Shown here in pieces: positions 57,806 through 64,000 of a DNA stretch of 64,000 bases. Source of the stretch: Clostridiales bacterium (GTDB taxonomy: Bacteria; Bacillota; Clostridia; Lachnospirales; Lachnospiraceae); contig JAAYPG010000016.1 in the NCBI GenBank assembly GCA_012519905.1, positions 956 to 64,955 of the forward strand, in the 5' to 3' direction. The notes under the pieces are model-generated. The model worked only from the letters and a program-made list of their open reading frames with translations, had not been told where the DNA came from and did no database searches. A program made the position numbers and the translations under genes. Numbering within the stretch: the stretch's first letter is position 1; each line of letters begins with the position of its first letter.

Positions 57806-58744
57806 CTAGACACATAGCATTATATCATAATTTATAGCTAGGTGACTCTTAATGAACTGTTCCATATAGGACTGTTGCATAGCACAAGCTATATAATAAG
57901 CTTTCTTAAGATAGTTAATACATACTCTCTTGTTCTCAGGTGGTAATATCCCCTTATCTATTAGTTGCTCCTTGTTCCAGGCATAATTATATAATAGATG
58001 GGGGAGAGCATTACCAATTTTAAACTCCCTACATATCTCTATTCCTTCTTTAGCAGTTTCAATTGCCCTCTGATGCTCTTCTAGTAAGCCATACCATTTT
58101 GATATGCTATAAAGTACAACCACCTGCATGGTAGACCTTTGCTCTTCTTCTATGTAACTTTGCTTTACTGCACTATTCACTTCCTCGAGAATATCAATTC
58201 CCTTCTGATATTCTTCCTTCTCTGAATATGCTGTGGATATATTTAAAAGTATTGTAACTTCATTATAATTAAGTGGCCAATTAGCTAATGATATCTCCCC
58301 ATATCTGGGAATAGTTATACGGATCGCCTTACGTAATTCATCTAGGAATTCATCTGTGCTGATACGCTTAAGACGATATTTTACCAAGCTTTCTGCCCGG
58401 GTGATAAACTGCCTATCAAGGTTGGTATCACCCAGTAGCATTTTTATGTCCTCTAATATATATTCAGCCCTATGATATTCATAGGTTTGAATACTCGTTT
58501 CAAACTGTCGCATCTTCTCCAATACCTTATAATCAGAAACAGACAACATAGAGTAAGCACGATCTCTTATCCTGCCCATCCGTTCCATCAAAAGTTCATA
58601 TACATCCTTACCTGGATTTTGCCTTCCTGTCTCTATCCTAGAAAGGGTCTCCACGGAACAGATATCCTCACAGAGCTGTTCCTGGGTAATAGAGAGAGAC
58701 TTTCTGGTCATTCGAATTATATCTCCTAATCGATATCTACCCAT
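57806..58744 (-). CDS. HTH-TPR regulator (RRNPP/Rgg-PlcR-like), second of tandem pair
   Basis: SITQEQLCEDICSVETLSRIETG XRE-type HTH, then helical TPR-like repeats. Confidence 0.8.
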   Translation of the reverse strand: MGRYRLGDIIRMTRKSLSITQEQLCEDICSVETLSRIETGRQNPGKDVYELLMERMGRIRDRAYSMLSVSDYKVLEKMRQFETSIQTYEYHRAEYILEDIKMLLGDTNLDRQFITRAESLVKYRLKRISTDEFLDELRKAIRITIPRYGEISLANWPLNYNEVTILLNISTAYSEKEEYQKGIDILEEVNSAVKQSYIEEEQRSTMQVVVLYSISKWYGLLEEHQRAIETAKEGIEICREFKIGNALPHLLYNYAWNKEQLIDKGILPPENKRVCINYLKKAYYIACAMQQSYMEQFIKSHLAINYDIMLCV

Positions 58745-59709
58745 TGGTATTCCTCCTGTAAATGTTTCTTAATCTTGTCAGCGACGGTTTCTTCTTCAAA
58801 AAAAGTAAATAAATGATATGCCTTCAGGTATAGCCTGATACATTCACTCTTGTCACATGTCTCCCACAGGCCAGCTGACTTAAATTTTCCCTCTGTAGCC
58901 TGTGCTTTTACAAAAAATATTTCACCCAGATAATCCATCCTACGGCTGCCCTTATTCATCTCTAGTCCCTTATTACACAGCTCCAAAGCTTTATCAAGTT
59001 GGTTTTGCTCTAATAAAAAACGGCCTCCTATAGCAGCTACCTTGGGGTAGATGCTAACATTATGCTCCATATGATTATGCCAAAACATATAATCAATTAT
59101 TTGATTTAATGTCTTTTCTGCCCTATCCACCATCTTATACAATATCATTTTTTCTAACATTTCTAGTATAATACCAAACTCTGTATAACTTAAAAAATAC
59201 TCTGCTAATGCTTCTGTACTAAAATCAGGTACTGTACATGTTATAGCCTTAACCAGCATATCTATAGTAGCTTCTGGCCTGCCCCCCTCTAGCTCATTTA
59301 ACCTTGCCTTGCACAACATTATAAACTGCTTATGGGGAGTCCCCTTATCGGATGCCAACTTATCGTACTCCTTAACTAGTTTATAAGCCTCATCAATAGC
59401 TTTGTCTTCTATCAACCTGTTAATTTCCATCCTGCTTTGATAGACCTCATAATCAAAATCTGTAAGAATGAGTTCAAATTGGTAGGGTATCTTTCCAAGC
59501 CTCTCTAAGAGGGTCTCTAATATAAAGGCATCTATGTCTCTTTCCCCTGCCTCAATCCTCGACAAGGTGGATACAGAGCAAATCCCCTTACATAATTTAC
59601 TTTGAGATATGTGGTATATGTCCCGAAAATATTGAATCGCCGAGCCTATATTATTATTACTATAGAGCTCCATATCTTTATTCGTATCTTTATATATATC
59701 TTTATACAT
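58726..59709 (-). CDS. HTH-TPR regulator (RRNPP/Rgg-PlcR-like), first of tandem pair
   Basis: ISQSKLCKGICSVSTLSRIEAG HTH plus TPR-like region; overlaps the next gene by 19 nt; GAGGAG RBS. Confidence 0.8.
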   Translation of the reverse strand: MYKDIYKDTNKDMELYSNNNIGSAIQYFRDIYHISQSKLCKGICSVSTLSRIEAGERDIDAFILETLLERLGKIPYQFELILTDFDYEVYQSRMEINRLIEDKAIDEAYKLVKEYDKLASDKGTPHKQFIMLCKARLNELEGGRPEATIDMLVKAITCTVPDFSTEALAEYFLSYTEFGIILEMLEKMILYKMVDRAEKTLNQIIDYMFWHNHMEHNVSIYPKVAAIGGRFLLEQNQLDKALELCNKGLEMNKGSRRMDYLGEIFFVKAQATEGKFKSAGLWETCDKSECIRLYLKAYHLFTFFEEETVADKIKKHLQEEYQWVDID

Positions 59710-59980
59710 TCTTTACTCCTCTGTAAGACTAATATAGACACCAGAACCCAATATGCCTTTTAACTTGTTAAGCTTGTATACTAATATTTTACATCATTTT
59801 GTATATTAATACAAATACAAAGCTGATTTTTCTAAAAAGTTCAATAAAAGTTAACATCTTACGTAAGAAAAGCTACCCACTTATCTAAAGCTCACATATA
59901 AACCAGATAAGATCGGTTATACTGTATTGCTCGATATTGGGTAGCTTATGCTATTTAGCTATTATATTTGCTAATTTAGA

Positions 59981-60466
59981 CTAGAAACATAGATGAAAAA
60001 GTATTCTGTTGATACGAATTCTGTCATATTCCCATCTATTCCTGCGCCAGCGAAAACCCTCTATGGTGTTTCGATCTATGAATACGGGATAAAACCAGAA
60101 ATTATTACCGTTTATTAACCATATAAAGGTGAACCTATTCAAGCAACCACGTAAATTCCTCGGTGCTCTACGCTGGTCAATAATCCTTCCACCAAATGGA
60201 CCTCTAAAATCCAAAGGTCCGGACAGCTGCTGTTCCCCTTCTCTCGGAAGTTGTGGTGTAAAGCTTGGAGGTGCTGATGGAGGTTGCCCCTGTGGTGTCT
60301 GCGGTCTGCTTGGGCCTGGTCCTTGGGGTCCCTGCGGTCTGCCTGGGCCTGGTCCTTGAGGTCCCTGCGGTCTGCCTGGGCCTGGTCCTTGGGGAGGAAC
60401 AAACTGTTGATATTTCATCGGTTGCTGCTTATTATCAGCCCTTTGATTATCTTCTTCTTTATTCAA
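59981..60466 (-). CDS. Pro/Gly/Gln-rich protein with Trp/Arg-rich C-terminal domain, probable spore protein
   Basis: CLNRFTFIWL.NG..FWFYP....GFRW domain; probable TTG start at 60466 (GAGAGGT RBS); sigmaK-like promoter upstream. Confidence 0.6.
   Translation of the reverse strand: MNKEEDNQRADNKQQPMKYQQFVPPQGPGPGRPQGPQGPGPGRPQGPQGPGPSRPQTPQGQPPSAPPSFTPQLPREGEQQLSGPLDFRGPFGGRIIDQRRAPRNLRGCLNRFTFIWLINGNNFWFYPVFIDRNTIEGFRWRRNRWEYDRIRINRILFHLCF
60290..60388 (-). repeat. three 33-bp tandem repeats encoding GPGPGRPQGPQ
   Basis: Direct repeats visible in DNA and protein. Confidence 0.85.
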
Positions 60467-60501
60467 TGAATTTACCTCTCTTTGTATCAATGTTCACAAT
60501 A

Positions 60502-60529
60502 TATTTTATGAACAATATAGAAAAGAGTT
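60502..60529 (-). promoter_or_regulatory. sigmaK-like promoter
   Basis: AC-17 nt-CATAAAATA on the minus strand. Confidence 0.45.
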
Positions 60530-60686
60530 CTAAAATTCCTTTTTTCGGTAAATACGTATGGATATACAATATGATATTAGCAAGCAAATTAGCATAGCAA
60601 TAGGTGCAATAATATTAATCTTATCTTTAACTGTCCAAAGAGCCTCTGTAAACCATTCAGGGAGAATGATCTTATTCTCCTTTATT

Positions 60687-60995
60687 TTATTTTTTATTAA
60701 CACCTATCTGACTTCTTAAATCCTTGGACATATTTTCAGCCGGGCTTCCCCAGATACGAATTGAGCCTTGGTCAGGATAAATCAAATTCATAATTGCCTT
60801 TAAAGTGGTGGTTTTACCCGCTCCATTCTCTCCAACAAAGCCCATAATTGAGCCAGATGGAACCTTAAAGCTAACCTTATCCAAAAAGAACCCATCATAA
60901 CGCTTGGATATATTATCAATTTCTATAGCGTATTTTGAAGACACATTCGACTCTGGCTTTTGATACATTGTACTAACCATATTACTCCTCCTCAT
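60687..60995 (-). pseudogene. ABC transporter ATP-binding subunit, N-terminal fragment
   Basis: GENGAGKTT present; stops at 102 aa before signature and Walker B; no permease follows. Confidence 0.75.
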
Positions 60996-61356
60996 AAATC
61001 ATTCTCATAATTTCTTGTAGTTCTTCTAAGGCTATGCCTCCCGCTTTTGCTCCTTCAACAGCCATAGTCAGATGTTCCTCCACAATTCTCAGCTGTTCTT
61101 CCCTAACGAACTCCATATTCTTATCAGCTATGAAGCTTCCCTTGCCCATGACTGTATATATAAACCCGTCTCTCTCCAAATCCTCATAGGCCCGCTTCGT
61201 GGTAATTACACTAATACGAAGCTCCTTAGCCAGCATTCTCATGGACGGAAGCTGATCACCTGTAGCAAGCTCTCCACTAATAATCATCTGCTTTATCTGG
61301 CTAGTAATCTGCTCATATATGGGTTTATCACTGGAATTACTAATCAAAATATTCAT
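60982..61356 (-). CDS. GntR-family regulator (YtrA subfamily)
   Basis: PIYEQI, LPSMRMLAKELRISVITTKRAYEDLE.DGFI...GKGSF. Confidence 0.92.
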   Translation of the reverse strand: MNILISNSSDKPIYEQITSQIKQMIISGELATGDQLPSMRMLAKELRISVITTKRAYEDLERDGFIYTVMGKGSFIADKNMEFVREEQLRIVEEHLTMAVEGAKAGGIALEELQEIMRMIYEEE

Positions 61357-61500
61357 GGCTTATACTAAAATCCAAGATCCTCATAGATCCCTTGTGGATT
61401 ATGCTCCTTTCCCACCTATTGTCAAAGATATCTATATCCTCTTTTTAGTGTATTCACTTGTATGTCTATCAATATTAGGCTTTATTAACACGCATATAAT

Positions 61501-61548
61501 GTGTATACCGTTTATATACACTATAACACCGTGTCTAATACCTGTCAA
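61501..61548 (-). promoter_or_regulatory. sigmaA promoter with overlapping YtrA-type palindrome
   Basis: TTGACA-17-TATAGT (61548-61520); GTGTATA-N7-TATACAC at 61501-61521. Confidence 0.6.
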
Positions 61549-61706
61549 TATAGAAATTTGATAGAACTTGCCTTATCTACTAGGACGAACTTTCTTATTA
61601 TATAAAAAAGCGCCATACCTATACAGATAAACACTAGGAATGACACTTTTTATAAATATGTTATAAGACAGGTAAAAGGCCCTGGCTTAGAATTACTTTA
61701 CTTTAG

Positions 61707-62735
61707 TTACAGGATATCCAGATAAGCTTTAATAAGCTTCAAGGTGTTCCCAAGTCCTTTAATATGGGTTCTCTCCATTCCGTGGGATGAGTGGACCCCT
61801 TGGCCGATTAATGCACCACGGATGTTGTGCCCTCCCCGAAGGGCTGCCGATACATCAGAACCATAATGGGGAAATATATCTACCACATAATCAATCTTGT
61901 TTTCTTTTGCGAGATCTATAAGCCTGCCCGTCATATCATAATCATAAGGGCCGGTAGAATCCTTGGCACAAATCGATACCTTGTATTCCGAGCCATTCAG
62001 ATCATCTCCTACAACTCCCATATCCACGGCGATGATCTCCGTAATGTCCTCAGGTATCCAGCTGGCTCCAAAACCTACCTCCTCATAATTACTAATTAGA
62101 ATCTTTAAGCTCTTGTTTGGTTCCAGTTTCTTTTCTGACATTTCCTTAAGCAAGCCTAACAATACTGCTACTGATGCCTTATCATCTAAATGTCTGGACT
62201 TTATGAAGCCATTTTTAGTATATTCAAATACCGCATCAAAGCTGATGTAGTCTCCGCTATTAATCCCCAGGGCAAGTACGTCACCCTTACTATCAACTAT
62301 CTCATCTATACGTACTATCATGTTCCTATCAGTTCGTTCCATTGTCCTTGCATCATCATAGCTATGTACAGATGAACTCTTAATTAATATAGTTCCAGTA
62401 TATATTCTTCCATCCCTAGTATGAATCTTGCAATAGCTACCCTCTACACTATGCATAGTATATCCACCAACCATAGTAAATCTTAGGGTTCCGTCACTAT
62501 CTATGGAGCGGACCATGGCACCCAAGGTGTCTACATGGGCAGACAGGCCAATCGTCTCCTCTTCTCTGCCCTTCACCGATATAACCAAACCGCCCTTCCT
62601 GCTCATCTCACAGGAATAGCCAAAGCTCTCTGCCTCAGCTCTTACATAATCCATTATCTGTTTGGTAAAGCCTGATGGGCTTGGTATGTTAACAAGTTTC
62701 TCTAGAGTATCTACAATATAATCTTTAATCATCAT
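61707..62735 (-). CDS. M42-family metallo-aminopeptidase
   Basis: SAHVDTLG, SRHLDDK, EEVG, AVDMG, HSSHGMER; start moved to 62735. Confidence 0.9.
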   Translation of the reverse strand: MMIKDYIVDTLEKLVNIPSPSGFTKQIMDYVRAEAESFGYSCEMSRKGGLVISVKGREEETIGLSAHVDTLGAMVRSIDSDGTLRFTMVGGYTMHSVEGSYCKIHTRDGRIYTGTILIKSSSVHSYDDARTMERTDRNMIVRIDEIVDSKGDVLALGINSGDYISFDAVFEYTKNGFIKSRHLDDKASVAVLLGLLKEMSEKKLEPNKSLKILISNYEEVGFGASWIPEDITEIIAVDMGVVGDDLNGSEYKVSICAKDSTGPYDYDMTGRLIDLAKENKIDYVVDIFPHYGSDVSAALRGGHNIRGALIGQGVHSSHGMERTHIKGLGNTLKLIKAYLDIL

Positions 62736-62780
62736 TAGGTCACCTTTCTCACATTCATTCATCATTTATCATATACAAGT

Positions 62781-63080
62781 CTATAAATCTCCTGTATAAC
62801 CACATTTAGGACAGGATTTATAATCGATATCATAGGAGTGGTTGCATTTTGTGCATTTCTTTTTCTCTGTAGATAGTAATTTCAGCTTATTCTCATGGTG
62901 ATCAAGCTTATTAAGAATCTCCTCCTGGTTACTTAGAATATTTGCCAGAGCTATAAACAAGACAGCAAATACACCATTAACCATTAATAGAGTAAAGCTA
63001 AATGGTATAACTCCTAATATTGGGGCAAATACTGCATAGCCTATAATAATTACTGCACATAGATATAAAATCCAAACCAT
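62781..63080 (-). CDS. small membrane protein with C-terminal zinc ribbon
   Basis: Two TMs; CTKC..CPKC; AAGGAG RBS. Confidence 0.75.
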   Translation of the reverse strand: MVWILYLCAVIIIGYAVFAPILGVIPFSFTLLMVNGVFAVLFIALANILSNQEEILNKLDHHENKLKLLSTEKKKCTKCNHSYDIDYKSCPKCGYTGDL

Positions 63081-63133
63081 AACAAACTCCTTTCAACATA
63101 AGTAATATGTATTTGATTATATTAAGTAGCTTT

Positions 63134-63412
63134 TTACATACTTATCACTTGGTATCCCTCTTCGATATATTTTTTCATTCCTACATGGCCATTCATATCA
63201 TCTAACATTGCAAGACCAGAGCCTAGATTATCATCATAAACTCCAAGAACCTTAGAGCATGCAAGACAAATACCTGCTATAATCCCTGCTTCTTTTGCTC
63301 TTTTATAAAAATGATTGCTTTCCTTCTCAAAGACAGGCACTAATGTTACAGATTGGCCCTCTATTATAATCTTCACTTCTGCTTCTGCTTCATGTAAGTC
63401 AAGTGCATTCAT
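63134..63412 (-). CDS. DsrE-like small protein, possibly 5'-truncated
   Basis: NALDL, C.ACSKVLG, GH pattern of DsrE-like proteins; no RBS, and the usual N-terminal segment is not encoded in frame upstream. Confidence 0.5.
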   Translation of the reverse strand: MNALDLHEAEAEVKIIIEGQSVTLVPVFEKESNHFYKRAKEAGIIAGICLACSKVLGVYDDNLGSGLAMLDDMNGHVGMKKYIEEGYQVISM

Positions 63413-63566
63413 CTTAGCAAGCTTAAGAAAAAGTTTAGCATATATGTTGTTAATTTACAATAAAGCTTTGAATTATGGCTTAGGAGAATTATTTGCTGAT
63501 TATATGAAATAATAAGAATTGAATATATTGACTGCTAATTATATATCTAAGGAATGGAGTATGCAT

Positions 63567-64000
63567 ATGGGAGTATCACATAAAGGAGCCATATCACTTG
63601 GTCTTCTATATATACCGGTTGGCTTGTATACAACTACAAGAGATAATGATATTCGCTTTAACCAGCTATGTAAGGATACTAAGGAGCGGGTTAAATACAA
63701 AAAATATTGTCCTAGCTGCAACAAGGAAGTGAAATCTGATGATATTATTAAGGGATATGAGTATGAAGTAGATAAATATGTGACAATGACACAGGACGAA
63801 TTGGAGAAAATCAAAACCAAGAAGGACAAGACAATTCACATCATACAGTTTGTCAATCTCCCAGAGATTGATCAGATTTATTACGAAAAAAACTATTATG
63901 CCATACCAGATACAGGAGCAGAAAAAGCCTTTGAATTACTTCGAACTGCTATGCTCTCGGAGGGTAAGGTGGCCCTAGCTAAGACGGTTATTGGTACAAA
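63567..64000 (+). CDS. ku: Ku NHEJ DNA end-binding protein, runs off the window (not in ORF track)
   Basis: MGVSHKGAISLGLLYIPVGLY..DIRFNQL..RVKYKKYC..IIKGYEY..YYAIPD..FELLR; GGAG RBS. Confidence 0.92.
   Translation, partial: MGVSHKGAISLGLLYIPVGLYTTTRDNDIRFNQLCKDTKERVKYKKYCPSCNKEVKSDDIIKGYEYEVDKYVTMTQDELEKIKTKKDKTIHIIQFVNLPEIDQIYYEKNYYAIPDTGAEKAFELLRTAMLSEGKVALAKTVIGT

Noticed and set aside
56186-59709. Prophage or integrative island at the tRNA pair
   Set aside because: No integrase, phage genes or duplicated tRNA 3' end in the window; kept only as a low-interest note.
60129-60597. Alternative-frame ORFs over the Pro-rich gene (60129-60359, 60139-60402, 60265-60597, 60284-60469)
   Set aside because: By-products of GC-rich 33-bp repeats lacking stop codons; no RBS support.
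1439-63829. The many short ORFs antisense to or nested in long genes (e.g. 1439-1693, 12306-12560, 26736-27134, 48377-48703, 63539-63829)
   Set aside because: They are shadows of well-supported genes, without RBS or family motifs; 63539-63829 is antisense to ku.

Overview
Low-GC Firmicute chromosomal window, most consistent with a Lachnospiraceae of the Herbinix/Mobilitalea/Anaerocolumna type (inference from gene content). The main block (5158-31833, minus strand) is a ~27 kb beta-glucan utilisation locus. It encodes a cellodextrin-phosphorylase-like GH94, a YesN/YesM-type two-component system, and an ABC importer with two permease pairs, three solute-binding proteins and NHL/Yip1/DUF5696 accessory proteins. 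It also encodes a non-catalytic lipoprotein with three 132-aa CBM-like repeats, a GH16 lichenase lipoprotein and a laminaribiose-phosphorylase-like GH94. A shared 20-bp candidate activator box precedes two of its promoters. The rest is mixed housekeeping/accessory DNA: AzlCD, a non-discriminating-type aspS, sbcCD, mgtE, LCP, tRNA-Ala(GGC), tRNA-Val(GAC), an EAL protein, an M42 peptidase and Ku, plus many deletion-riddled pseudogenes. The most striking unannotated signals are below the ORF-track size limit. (1) An Asp-Asp-Asp leader peptide with a five-segment alternative-hairpin terminator lies upstream of aspS where a T-box is normally expected. (2) A 47-aa secreted propeptide lies convergent to a tandem pair of RRNPP-like HTH-TPR regulators, with a perfect 24-bp inverted repeat at its promoter. 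(3) A 33-aa leader ORF base-pairs next to the mgtE ribosome-binding site. (4) An 8-aa leader ORF precedes a CD3324-family gene. There is also a TGTACC(C/G)GGTACA palindrome family and a 193-bp nested-palindrome MITE-like element. No CRISPR array, integrase or intact transposase was seen. All family assignments come from motif recognition and memory, not database searches.
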